The notes under the pieces: generated by a model
The model's input: the letters and a program-made list of their open reading frames with translations, nothing else
The model's database searches: none
What the model was told of the DNA's origin: nothing
NCBI GenBank assembly: GCA_944324085.1
Contig: CALUUX010000036.1
Span: 32,779-96,778, forward strand
DNA: 64,000 bases
Source: an uncultured Mailhella sp.
GTDB taxonomy: Bacteria > Desulfobacterota > Desulfovibrionia > Desulfovibrionales > Desulfovibrionaceae
Direction of reading: 5' to 3'
Translations under genes and position numbers: made by a program
In this document: piece by piece, positions 18,811 through 28,100 of the stretch
How the letters are laid out: each line of letters opens with the position of its first letter
Numbering within the stretch: position 1 is the first letter of the stretch

Positions 18811-18931
18811 GGAACGTCTTCCGACGTGGCGCGATCACGTTTCAGCGCGATCGGAAAAACGCCGAGGGGCGCGGAGCCTGGAAGGAGGAGTTTCGCCGCT
18901 TTTCAACGTCGGCGTCGTCCAGAGCGGCGAG

Positions 18932-19951
18932 TCAGGGCTTCCAGCGTCGCTCCGCGCCGTCAGGCACAAGAATGGGGCCGCGGGGTAAGGCGTTCCACGG
19001 AAAAGAGCCTTCCCTCCGCAGCCGGTCGGCAAGGCGCGCCGGAGAAATGGGCTCGTCTTTTTCCTGCAGTCCGGCCAGACGGGCGAGATAACCGACTACG
19101 GCGAGCGGCGAACAACCGCTTTCACGCAGCGCGGCGAGACTGAGACTTTTATGGCGTTTGGCCAGTCTTTCCCCGCGGGCGTCGTGCAGCAGGGGAATGT
19201 GGGCGAACGACGGGGGATCACCGCCGAGCAGACGATACAGCAGAAGTTGGCGGGGCGTGGATAGAAGAATGTCTTCTCCCCGCACCACCTGGGTGACGCC
19301 CATGCGCATGTCGTCGACAACCACGGCGAGCTGATAAGCCCATACGCCGTCGGAACGGCGCAGCGCGAAATCGCCGCCGCAGCGTTGCAGCGGAATGCGC
19401 TGCGGGCCGAGAACCAGATCGTCGAAACATGTCACCTCGTCGTCCGGGCAGAGCAGGCGCAGCGCGGGCTTGCGCCCCTCGGCTTCCTTGTGGGCGCGTT
19501 CTTCCGGCGTGAGGTGACGGCATGTGCCGGGATAGGCCGCTCCTTCGTCGCCGAGGCCGTCCGCCGCGCCGTGGGGCGCGCCTGCCATCAGGCGCAGCTC
19601 CTTGCGCGTGCAGTAACAGGGGTAGACGAATCCTCGGGCTCTGAGCTTGTCGAGAGCCTTTTCATACAGGTGGCGGCACAAACTTTGATGATAGGGGCCG
19701 TGCGGGCCGTGGTTGGGACCTTCGTCCCAGTCCAGTCCAAGCCAGCGCAGATCGCGTTCTATGGCGTCCATCCACTCCTGGCGGGAACGGTCGGGATCAA
19801 TGTCTTCATGACGGAGGATAACGCGGCCTCCTTCCGCGCGCGCCGCCAGCCACGCCAGCAGAAACGACCAGGCGTTGCCCAGATGCAGCGGTCCTGTGGG
19901 GCTGGGAGCGAATCGTCCCGTCACAGCCGCGCCGGAAGAAAAAGCGTTCAT
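18932..19951 (-). CDS. gluQ: Glutamyl-Q tRNA(Asp) synthetase
   Basis: RFAPSPTGPLHLGN, YPCYCTRKEL, YPGTCR, YQLAVVVDD, RLAKR; 339 aa, lacks the anticodon-binding domain of GluRS. Confidence 0.9.
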   Translation of the reverse strand: MNAFSSGAAVTGRFAPSPTGPLHLGNAWSFLLAWLAARAEGGRVILRHEDIDPDRSRQEWMDAIERDLRWLGLDWDEGPNHGPHGPYHQSLCRHLYEKALDKLRARGFVYPCYCTRKELRLMAGAPHGAADGLGDEGAAYPGTCRHLTPEERAHKEAEGRKPALRLLCPDDEVTCFDDLVLGPQRIPLQRCGGDFALRRSDGVWAYQLAVVVDDMRMGVTQVVRGEDILLSTPRQLLLYRLLGGDPPSFAHIPLLHDARGERLAKRHKSLSLAALRESGCSPLAVVGYLARLAGLQEKDEPISPARLADRLRREGSFPWNALPRGPILVPDGAERRWKP

Positions 19952-21102
19952 ACGTCAACCTCCGTGGTTGTGGGAATGGTTTCAAAGCATTGTTCGATGA
20001 CGGCGTTGGACACCAGCATGCCCTTGCGCGTGAGAAAAAAGCGTCCGTTGCGGAGTTCGGCCATGCTTCGACGTGTCAGCGCGTCAATGAGAGACCTGTT
20101 GTCGGCAAGAAAGTCTCGCCCGGTCAGCACTCGATAGTCGTCCAGACGCAGGCCTTCCGCCGTGCGGAGTCTGAGCATCACGAGTTCTTCGACACGTTCC
20201 CGGAAGCCGAGAATTTCCGTTTCGGCGGCGTCTTGTCCGGCGTCCACGGCGGACAGCCATGCGCCGAGATCGGAGGGTTGCGTGACGCGGCGTCCGTTGA
20301 GACAGCTTACGGCGTCCGGTCCCAGTCCGAGATAGTCTTCCCCCGCCCAGTACCCGAGATTGTGGCGGCAGGCCCGTCCCGGTTTGGCGTAATTGGAAAT
20401 TTCATACTGCTTGTAGCCCGCGGATTCCAGCAGATCGCCGCCTTCTTCGTACATGGCGGCGGACTCTTCTTCGTCGGGAAAGTTCAGGGAAGCGCGTTCG
20501 CGAAAGAGCGGCGTGCCTTCTTCCAGGGTGAGGCCGTAGCAGGAGAGATGCTCGGGCCCCAGCGCCACGGCTTCGGAAAGCTGCGTTTTCCAGCTTGCCA
20601 GGGTTTCGTCGGGCAGGCCCCAGATGAAATCCAGTCCCACATTGTCAAAGCCGGCGGTCCTCAGGGCGCGAAAGGCGGCAATGGCGGCGGCCTTGTCGTG
20701 CACGCGTCCCACGGCGTTGAGCAGGGCGTCGTCCAGAGCTTGCGCGCCCAGAGAAACGCGGTTCACGCCCGCGGTTCGGAATCCGGCCGCGTTCTCGGCG
20801 TTCACGGAATCGGGATTGGCTTCCATGCTGATTTCCGCGTCACCGTCAAGGGAAAAGCACACCGCAGCCGCGTCCAGAATTTGGCCGAAAGCCGCGGGGG
20901 ACAGGAGACTCGGCGTGCCTCCGCCGAAGAAAACCGTGCGCACGCGGGGATGTCCCAGCGCGTCGGCCTGGCGACGCATGTCCGTAAGAAGAGCGTTGAG
21001 CCACAGGCGGAGCTGACCGTCGCCGCGGAGCGGTTCGGAATAAAAGGCGCAGTAGCGGCATTTGCGTCGGCAAAAGGGAACGTGAATGTACAGCAGCATC
21101 AT
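19948..21102 (-). CDS. hemW: Radical SAM heme chaperone HemW
   Basis: LYIHVPFCRRKCRYC, TVFFGGGTPS, EANP, YEISNY, HNLGYW, YLGLG. Confidence 0.92.
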   Translation of the reverse strand: MMLLYIHVPFCRRKCRYCAFYSEPLRGDGQLRLWLNALLTDMRRQADALGHPRVRTVFFGGGTPSLLSPAAFGQILDAAAVCFSLDGDAEISMEANPDSVNAENAAGFRTAGVNRVSLGAQALDDALLNAVGRVHDKAAAIAAFRALRTAGFDNVGLDFIWGLPDETLASWKTQLSEAVALGPEHLSCYGLTLEEGTPLFRERASLNFPDEEESAAMYEEGGDLLESAGYKQYEISNYAKPGRACRHNLGYWAGEDYLGLGPDAVSCLNGRRVTQPSDLGAWLSAVDAGQDAAETEILGFRERVEELVMLRLRTAEGLRLDDYRVLTGRDFLADNRSLIDALTRRSMAELRNGRFFLTRKGMLVSNAVIEQCFETIPTTTEVDV

Positions 21103-21323
21103 GAAAGCATGAAAAAAAGCCGCGTCAGCGTCAAGAGGTCGGGCGACATTTTTGCCGTAGCGTGAAAAAGGAGCGGCCGGCGAAGCGTTGCCTGATGCCA
21201 GTGAGCGAGGGACAACACGGCGGGGAACGTTGACAAGGCCCGTCCGCTTTCGGATAACGAGGAAAAGGGCGTTTTTAACGGCGTTCGTCGGCGCGCCCTC
21301 GTTTTCAGCGCAAGGAGCTCTTC

Positions 21324-21938
21324 ATGAACCTGACGGCTGTGCTTTTCGATCGCGACGGCACGCTCATAGTGGACAAGCATTATCTCAGCGAACCCGACGG
21401 GGTGGAACTTATTCCCGGCGTGGGCGACGCGCTGGCCCTGCTGCGCGCGCGAGGCGTTAAATCTTTTGTCGTCAGCAATCAGTCCGGGATAGGAAGAGGG
21501 TATTTTCCCGAATCCGGATGGCATGCCTGCGAGAAAAGGCTGGGTGAGCTTCTTTGCTCTTTCGGAGCGGCCATTGACGACGAACGATTTTGTCCTCATG
21601 CGCCTGATCAGGACTGCGATTGCCGTAAACCCCGGGTGGGCATGTGGGAGAGCCTTCGATCGGCGCACGCGCTGGATCCGACGCGATGCGCCATGATCGG
21701 CGACAAGACGGAAGATCTGCTTTTCGGCGTCAACGCGGGACTTGGCGCGGTCGCGCTGGTGCTGACCGGCAAGGGAGAGGCAAGCGCGCGCAAGATGGGA
21801 TTGGATGTGGACCTCATCCGACGGAAAGGTTTTCTGGATGTGGACGTGCGCCTGCCGGAAGCGGAAGAGAACGTCACGCGACGTTTCGCCGCCGTCGACG
21901 CGCGTGCCGCCGTGGAAGGGCTGCTCGCGTTGGCCTGA
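21324..21938 (+). CDS. gmhB: D-glycero-D-manno-heptose 1,7-bisphosphate phosphatase (HAD IIIA)
   Basis: LFDRDGTL, VSNQSGIGRGY, CPHAPDQDCDCRKP, MIGDKTED. Confidence 0.88.
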   Translation: MNLTAVLFDRDGTLIVDKHYLSEPDGVELIPGVGDALALLRARGVKSFVVSNQSGIGRGYFPESGWHACEKRLGELLCSFGAAIDDERFCPHAPDQDCDCRKPRVGMWESLRSAHALDPTRCAMIGDKTEDLLFGVNAGLGAVALVLTGKGEASARKMGLDVDLIRRKGFLDVDVRLPEAEENVTRRFAAVDARAAVEGLLALA

Positions 21939-22299
21939 CGCCGGCTTTTCGCGGAGGTCGCCGTTTGACGACAGAGCGGAGAGCTCCGCTCGCGATTCCC
22001 GCGGCGTCGTGTAATACGCGGGCTATTTCGGCATGATTCGAGTCAGAAATGCGCCGCAGGGAGACTCGCTTGACTTTGCTTACCCCGTGAGGCAAAAATT
22101 TTGCAAGGACGCGGGCGTCGCGTCCGGTAGTCACGTTTTTACTCAAAGAGAGGCCGGCATGTTTTTCAGGAACACCTGACGAATTCGTTCGCAGAGACAA
22201 GGTGTGTCTTGCCGGCTTTTCGTGACGGTTCTCTCGACCGTTTTCTGCGAATGTTTTCTGTTGTTCCCGAAGAACGCCGCCTCGTAACGCGAGGTGTGC

Positions 22300-23124
22300 A
22301 TGAATCGCATTCTTTCCGCTTTCGCGCTGGTTCTCCTCGGCGCGTCTTTGGCTGTGGCCGCTCCTCTTGACTCTTTCAAGGGGCAGAAAGGCACTCTGGA
22401 CATCGCGGGCGGCACCGCCCACATTCCGGTGATGAAAAAGGCCGCGCAGGCCATTATGTCCGCCAACGGCGATATCCGCATCACTGTGGCCGGCGGCGGC
22501 TCTGGCGTGGGCGTGCAGAAGGTGGGCGAGGGGCTCGTCCAGATCGGCAATACCGGTCGCGCGCTCAAGGAGAGCGAAATCGCCAAATATGGCTTGGAAA
22601 CCTTCCCCTTCGCCATTGACGGCGTGGCCGTCGCCGTGAATCCCGCCAACGCCGTCACGTCTCTGACCAAAGCGCAGGTCAAGGACGTGTTTGCGGGCAA
22701 GATCCTCAACTGGAAAGAACTTGGCGGCAAGGACGCTCCTATTTCCCTTTATGTGCGCGAAGACGGCAGCGGCACCCGTGAAACCTTCGAAGAGCGCGCT
22801 CTCGACAAGGGAACGTCCACGCCGAGCGCCAACGTGGTCAATTCCAACGGCGCCATGAAGACCGCCATCGCGCAGGATCCCAACGCCATCGGCTATGTGG
22901 GCATCGGTCATCTTGACGATTCCATCCGCGGCGTCACCGTGGACGGCATGGTTCCTTCTCAGGCCAACGCCGCCGACGGTTCCTACACCATCACGCGTCT
23001 GCTGTACATGAACACCAAGGGCAAGCCGCAGGGGCTGACCGCGTTGTTCATCGACTACATCTATTCCGAAGACGGCAAGGGCTTTATCCGTTCTTCCGGA
23101 TACATCCCGCTGGATAAAAAGTAG
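22300..23124 (+). CDS. pstS: PstS-family ABC transporter substrate-binding protein
   Basis: Signal peptide; GGGSGVGV, AIDGVAVAVNP, REDGSGTR, AIGYVGIG, RLLYM. The first ligand loop is GGTAH. Confidence 0.75.
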   Translation: MNRILSAFALVLLGASLAVAAPLDSFKGQKGTLDIAGGTAHIPVMKKAAQAIMSANGDIRITVAGGGSGVGVQKVGEGLVQIGNTGRALKESEIAKYGLETFPFAIDGVAVAVNPANAVTSLTKAQVKDVFAGKILNWKELGGKDAPISLYVREDGSGTRETFEERALDKGTSTPSANVVNSNGAMKTAIAQDPNAIGYVGIGHLDDSIRGVTVDGMVPSQANAADGSYTITRLLYMNTKGKPQGLTALFIDYIYSEDGKGFIRSSGYIPLDKK

Positions 23125-23131
23125 GCCTGAG

Positions 23132-24013
23132 ATGAGAAACGCAACGTCCGTCCGGCGCATGAGCCGGAGCGGGGAAGCGGGCCTCGCCATGTTGCGCCTT
23201 TCCGTGGTTCTGGCCATGGGGGGCATGGCTCTGCTGTTTCTCATGGTCGTCGCCTTCGCTCTGCCCGCGTTTGTTCAGAACGGGGGCGGCGGCCCGTTTT
23301 CGTGGTCCTGGTCTCCGGGGCACGGTGAATTTGGCATACTGCCCATGATGGTCGGATCCGTCGCCGTGGGAGGATTGGCTGTGATTCCCGGATGGGTGAC
23401 GGGCGTATGTCTCTGCTGTTGGCTCCTTTCACCGACGCGCGCCGGTCGACCCGGACCGTGGCGCGTTCTGGTGGCCGGACTCGTGCGCGTCATGACCGCC
23501 GTGCCTACGGTGGTCTATGGCTTCGCCGCCGTGTTTTTGTTGGCTCCGTCGTTACGCATGTGGCTCGGCGGTTCCGGATTTTCCTGGCTCGCCGCTTCCG
23601 TCATGCTCAGCGTGCTGATCCTGCCCACGGTGGTGCTCGTGCTGCAGGCCGGACTCGCTCCGAGGCTGGAAGCCCTGTCTCTTTCCGGCGTGGCGTTGGG
23701 CATGAACAGACTGGAACTGCTTTGGCACTTGGTGCTGCCCGCGTCGCGAGCCACGCTTCTCTCCGCCGCCGTGCTTGGTTTCGGACGCGCTGTGGGAGAC
23801 ACCATGCTGCCGCTCATGCTCGCGGGCAACGCGCCAGTCATGCCCGATTCTCTGCTCTCCGGCGTACGCACGCTCACGGCGCACATGGCTCTCGTCACCT
23901 CCAATGAGGTCGGCGGACAGGCGTACGATTCGCTGTTCATGGCCGGTCTGCTTCTGCTCGTCATCAACGGAACCGTCAGCCTGGTCATCCGTCACATGGG
24001 AGGACGGGCATGA
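23132..24013 (+). CDS. pstC: PstC-like ABC permease
   Basis: FGILPMMVGS, AVPTVVYG, GFGRAVGDTM, RTLTAHMAL. Confidence 0.78.
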   Translation: MRNATSVRRMSRSGEAGLAMLRLSVVLAMGGMALLFLMVVAFALPAFVQNGGGGPFSWSWSPGHGEFGILPMMVGSVAVGGLAVIPGWVTGVCLCCWLLSPTRAGRPGPWRVLVAGLVRVMTAVPTVVYGFAAVFLLAPSLRMWLGGSGFSWLAASVMLSVLILPTVVLVLQAGLAPRLEALSLSGVALGMNRLELLWHLVLPASRATLLSAAVLGFGRAVGDTMLPLMLAGNAPVMPDSLLSGVRTLTAHMALVTSNEVGGQAYDSLFMAGLLLLVINGTVSLVIRHMGGRA

Positions 24014-24894
24014 AGCGTTCTCTTCCTTTTCTTGGCTTCCGCTTTCTTGCCTTGTTGTCTTCCATGCTGGTTCCCTGCGTGGTGCTGACGCTCATGGGGT
24101 ATCTGCTCTGGCGCGGACTTCCGGTCATGGGGAAGGAGCTGCTTTTCGGACGGACGCCTCCGCTGGACGCCGTGTTTGGACGCGCTCCGGTGTGGGATGG
24201 ATTATGGCCCGCCTGCGTAGGCACGTTCTGGTTGGTTGTTCTGACCATGGCTCTTGCGCTGTTTCCCGGCGTGGGGTGCGGCGTGTATCTCGCCGAATTC
24301 GCCACGCCACGGCAGAAGCGGGTGCTCGGCTCGGCCGTGGACATGCTTGCGGGCATGCCTTCCATCGTCATGGGGCTGTTTGGGTTTATGCTTATTCTTC
24401 TGATGCGGCGTACCGTTCTGCCTGACGCCAACACATGCCTGCTGCTTGCCGCCGCTTGTTTGGCTCTTCTTGTGCTGCCGGTGCTGGCCGCTTCGGCGCG
24501 CGAGGCCATGGAGGCCGTGCCCGCGTCGTTGCGACTTGCCGCAGCCGCGAGCGGTTTTTCCCGGTCTCAGGCGTTGTTTTATCTTCTTCTGCCCGCGGTG
24601 GCCCGCGGCATACTCGGCGGCGCGGTGCTGGCCGTAGGGCGAGCGGCGGAAGACACGGCCGTCATTCTTTTCACCGGCGTGGTCGCCAACGCGGGACTGC
24701 CTTCAGGATTGTTCGGTAAATTCGAGGCGTTATCTTTCGATATCTATTACATTTCTTCCCAGTATCAGGATCAGGCGGAGCTGCTGCGCGGTTTCGGAGC
24801 GGCGGCTCTGCTGCTTATGGTGTCCTGCCTGCTTCTGGCGACCGCGAGAGGCCTTGAAAGGAGCTTTCGCAGAAGATGGCGGGGAAAGGCGTGA
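24010..24894 (+). CDS. pstA: PstA-like ABC permease
   Basis: GVYLAEF, LAGMPSIVMGLFG, GRAAEDTA; ATGA overlap with the upstream permease. Confidence 0.78.
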   Translation: MKRSLPFLGFRFLALLSSMLVPCVVLTLMGYLLWRGLPVMGKELLFGRTPPLDAVFGRAPVWDGLWPACVGTFWLVVLTMALALFPGVGCGVYLAEFATPRQKRVLGSAVDMLAGMPSIVMGLFGFMLILLMRRTVLPDANTCLLLAAACLALLVLPVLAASAREAMEAVPASLRLAAAASGFSRSQALFYLLLPAVARGILGGAVLAVGRAAEDTAVILFTGVVANAGLPSGLFGKFEALSFDIYYISSQYQDQAELLRGFGAAALLLMVSCLLLATARGLERSFRRRWRGKA

Positions 24895-25706
24895 CGCTTA
24901 TGGAAAAACAGGATTCTCGTTTTGTGCTCTGCGCTCGCGGTTTGTCGGTGTCGTTTTTCGATCATGCCGTTTTGCGCGACGTGAGTCTGAACGTGCCCGC
25001 CGGAGGCATAGCCGTTCTGGTGGGACGTTCAGGTTCCGGCAAGACGACGTTTTTACGTTCCGTGAACAGACTCAATGAAGAAGTGTCCGGCTGCCGTACC
25101 GAGGGAAGCGTGGAGCTTCGCCTGCCCGGCGGCAAGGTGGACGTGTGGCCCGGCGTTGGCCCTGACGCCGTGCCCCTGGCCGAGCTGAGGCGGCGCGTGG
25201 GCATGGTTTTTCAGACGCCGCAGGTGTTTCCGGTGACGGTTTGCCGCAATATTTCCGTTCCCCTGAGCGTAACCATGGGATGCCCACGTTCCGAACTCGA
25301 CGACAGAGTCAAGGACGCGCTTGTGCGGGTCGACTTGTGGCGGGAAGTGGCGGACAGGCTTGACATGAGCGCGGAACGTCTTTCCGGGGGACAGCAGCAG
25401 CGGCTTTGCCTGGCCAGAGCTCTGGCTTTGGAGCCGGACATGCTGCTGCTCGATGAACCCACCGCTTCGCTGGACGTGCGTTCCGCCCGCCATGTGGAGG
25501 ATCTGTTGCTTGCGCTTTCAGAACAGCTTCCTGTAATCATGGTGTCGCACGGTCTGGCGCAGAGCCTGCGTCTGGCGTCGTTTATGGCTGTTATGGAAGA
25601 AGGCAGGCTTCGTTGTGAGATTTCCAATCCCGATGGCATGGAGGAAGGAGATCTGGAACGTCTTCTTGACGGCGCGGAAGATGTTCGCGGAGAAGAGGCG
25701 AATTGA
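24876..25706 (+). CDS. pstB: PstB-like ABC ATPase
   Basis: GRSGSGKTT, VGMVFQTP, LSGGQQQRLCLARAL, LLLDEPT. Start could be 24900. Confidence 0.8.
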   Translation: MAGKGVTLMEKQDSRFVLCARGLSVSFFDHAVLRDVSLNVPAGGIAVLVGRSGSGKTTFLRSVNRLNEEVSGCRTEGSVELRLPGGKVDVWPGVGPDAVPLAELRRRVGMVFQTPQVFPVTVCRNISVPLSVTMGCPRSELDDRVKDALVRVDLWREVADRLDMSAERLSGGQQQRLCLARALALEPDMLLLDEPTASLDVRSARHVEDLLLALSEQLPVIMVSHGLAQSLRLASFMAVMEEGRLRCEISNPDGMEEGDLERLLDGAEDVRGEEAN

Positions 25707-25908
25707 CGCGAGCAAGCGGCCCGATGTGACCGCAGAGCTTGAAACGACGAGATCCTTTTCTTCATCGTTATGAAAAAAAGCGGGCTGCGAATGCGTCTTT
25801 TCGACAGCCCCGGCCAAGGCGATAACGTTTGCTCCTTGCCGTTTTTTCGGGGGGAGGCTATAACAGTGAAAGCGCGCGTGCGCGATGACAAGATTTAAGG
25901 AGAGGCCG

Positions 25909-26298
25909 ATGCCCAGCTATGAAGAAATCTTCACCCCCGCATGTCTGAACGAGATTTTTCCTCCCGAACGTACCGATCGTTTTTTTGAGGCTCTGTTCGG
26001 AGATCCTGAAGAGGGCGCATACGATATTCGTATGTCGCTGCTGTCGTCGTCGGACAGAAAGCTCGATTTTCTGTTTGAGCTGCATCAGCGCGGCGACGCG
26101 TGCCTGGCCTGTAATCTCACGCACGGGCTGCCCGCGGTGTTTCTCCGCCATCCCGTCATCGACATCAAGGGAGTGACCGCGGAGCTGGCTCGTCGGGCCG
26201 GCTGGCCGGACGGATCCTGGGAATGGAGTCTCGGAAGCACCGACGAGATTTCCCGCGCGCTGCACGTCATTCCCCTGACGCTCAAGCGCGTGGATTGA
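25909..26298 (+). CDS. Conserved hypothetical protein with a CLACNLTHGLP motif
   Basis: SD AGGAGAGG; upstream TTGCCG-17-TATAAC promoter (25836-25864); FFEALFGDPEEGAYDI and CLACNLT motifs recalled from Desulfovibrio hypothetical proteins. Confidence 0.75.
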   Translation: MPSYEEIFTPACLNEIFPPERTDRFFEALFGDPEEGAYDIRMSLLSSSDRKLDFLFELHQRGDACLACNLTHGLPAVFLRHPVIDIKGVTAELARRAGWPDGSWEWSLGSTDEISRALHVIPLTLKRVD

Positions 26299-26504
26299 CA
26301 AGTCGGCGTCGTTCGGGGCCAGCCGGGCGACGTTCTGGACGGCGAAGCGCGAAACGCGCATTTGAGATTGGCGTTTGACGGTTGACGCGGCTCGATAGAC
26401 GGGATGTCCTGTGCTTTGGGAGCGTTTTATCATGGAATTTCTAAAAAGAAGGCAAGTTTTGCTTGACTGCGCCTTCTGATAGCGATATGTCTTTTCGACC
26501 GGAA

Positions 26505-26580
26505 GGGGCGTTAACTCAGTCGGTAGAGTACCTGCCTTTTAAGCAGAGAGTCGCGCGTTCGAATCGCGCACGCCCCACCA
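26505..26580 (+). tRNA. tRNA-Lys (anticodon UUU)
   Basis: 76-nt cloverleaf: acceptor GGGGCGT/ACGCCCC, anticodon loop CTTTTAA, T-loop GTTCGAAT, encoded CCA. Confidence 0.96.
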
Positions 26581-26590
26581 TGAATTTTGA

Positions 26591-26626
26591 GAGGTTACGC
26601 TATGCAAGCGTAGCCTCTTTTTTTTT
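26591..26626 (+). terminator. Terminator after tRNA-Lys
   Basis: gaggttacgc/gcgtagcctc stem followed by a T-run. Confidence 0.8.
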
Positions 26627-26935
26627 GCGTATCTGTTTGCGCGTGCGCTTTTCACGAGGTCGTGTTTTGGAGCATGAGTTCGTTTTTATCATTATGGCCG
26701 CTTCAGAGGTGTGCGGGAAAGATTCGCAAAGGTCATCTCGGGTTGCTTTGAGTGGATCAGAAAAGCGTTCTTCAGAAAATCTCCCCGTGAAACGTCGTCG
26801 TTATGCGTCGCGATCTGTGTCTTTTGCTCGGCGAGTTTGAGACGTCTCGGGAGCATAAAAAGGAAGGCCCGTTTCTCGGCAGGGGGATGGAGAAACGGGC
26901 CTTTTCCGGTTCGCGCCGGAGATGTCGCAATCGAC

Positions 26936-27910
26936 CTAGTGCCGTCTGTGCAGGAGGTGGCTGATGACAAAGGGTCGCGCGGCAATGAGGGCTTCCCATG
27001 TGGGGATCATGGAAACAATGGACGCGATGAGCATGAGGACGATGCCGGCCCACATGTTCCACGGAATGCTTTCATCGAGAACGATCATGGCGAGAATGGG
27101 GGCCAGCACGGGCTTGAAGAAGAAAACGAGAGATCCCTGCATGGCGGACGTGGCTTCCATGCCCATGAAGTAGCAGGCGTAACCGCCGGCGGTGACGAAA
27201 ACGCAGATATACAGGACGTTCAAAATGTTGTCCGCTGTGTAGCCGGTGAAGAAAGGCATGTTGGCGAACATGGGCGCGCCGATGGCCTCAAGGGCGTGGG
27301 CTACGGGACCGATGTGGCTTATCAGCATGAGAACTATCATTTCCGCGCTGGCGGTGAGGCAGCTGAAGCAGGTGACGGCAACGCCGGAATACTGGGCGCA
27401 TTGTTTTTTGCCGAGTACAGCATACAGTGCAAACGTCGCCGCGGAGAGCAGAACCAGAGCGACGCCTATGGGATCAAGCGTCGTATGCAGCGGGTCGATG
27501 ATGATGACGGCGGCCAGAACTTCCATGGTCAGCGCCACGATATGCTGAGGGCGTATGTCGGCGTGTAAAATAAGGTAGGCAAAGCCGAGCACCAGCACGG
27601 GATTACAGCTGAACAATACGCTGACCACGGAAGCGGGGGCGTAAAGTATGGAAACCTGATAGAGCATCATGCTCACCACCAGGCCGACGAAGCCCAGCGC
27701 GGCGAAGCCTTTCCACGCGGCGAGAGTGACGGTGGCGCCGTGCTGCCGCACGCCTCGCAGGGCAAAGGGAATGAGCAGAAGGCCGCCGATGAGGAACCGG
27801 GTGCAGGTAAGCTGCATGGGGTTGAAGTCGGTAGCCACGGTTTTCAACGCCACTTCCATGGAGCTGAAAAAGACGGTAGCCAGAAAAATAAAAATATATC
27901 CGCGATTCAT
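26936..27910 (-). CDS. EamA/DMT family transporter
   Basis: Two repeated 5-TM units; RFLIGGLLL and FFFKPVLAPILA motifs. Confidence 0.9.
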   Translation of the reverse strand: MNRGYIFIFLATVFFSSMEVALKTVATDFNPMQLTCTRFLIGGLLLIPFALRGVRQHGATVTLAAWKGFAALGFVGLVVSMMLYQVSILYAPASVVSVLFSCNPVLVLGFAYLILHADIRPQHIVALTMEVLAAVIIIDPLHTTLDPIGVALVLLSAATFALYAVLGKKQCAQYSGVAVTCFSCLTASAEMIVLMLISHIGPVAHALEAIGAPMFANMPFFTGYTADNILNVLYICVFVTAGGYACYFMGMEATSAMQGSLVFFFKPVLAPILAMIVLDESIPWNMWAGIVLMLIASIVSMIPTWEALIAARPFVISHLLHRRH

Positions 27911-28059
27911 GGAGACACATCCCGTTCTTTGGGCAGTTCCGGGCGCGGGGAGAAAAGCGAGCGTTTTCTCCGGGCGAATCCGAGGCAGGCGCGGAACATC
28001 CGCGCGCAGGACATTTCTTGCCTATAGCAAGGGGGGATGATACGGTAAAATACTCATTT

Positions 28060-28076
28060 GATATGGTAGGCATATC
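28060..28076. promoter_or_regulatory. LysR-type T-N11-A operator
   Basis: Palindrome GATATG-gtagg-CATATC between the divergent EamA and LysR genes. Confidence 0.6.
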
Positions 28077-28100
28077 ATAATTGCATGGCAGAGATGATAT

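Noticed and set aside
22172-22210. CTGACGA resembling a hammerhead ribozyme core
   Set aside because: No stem II closing to a GAAA core; kept only as a generic structured-leader candidate.
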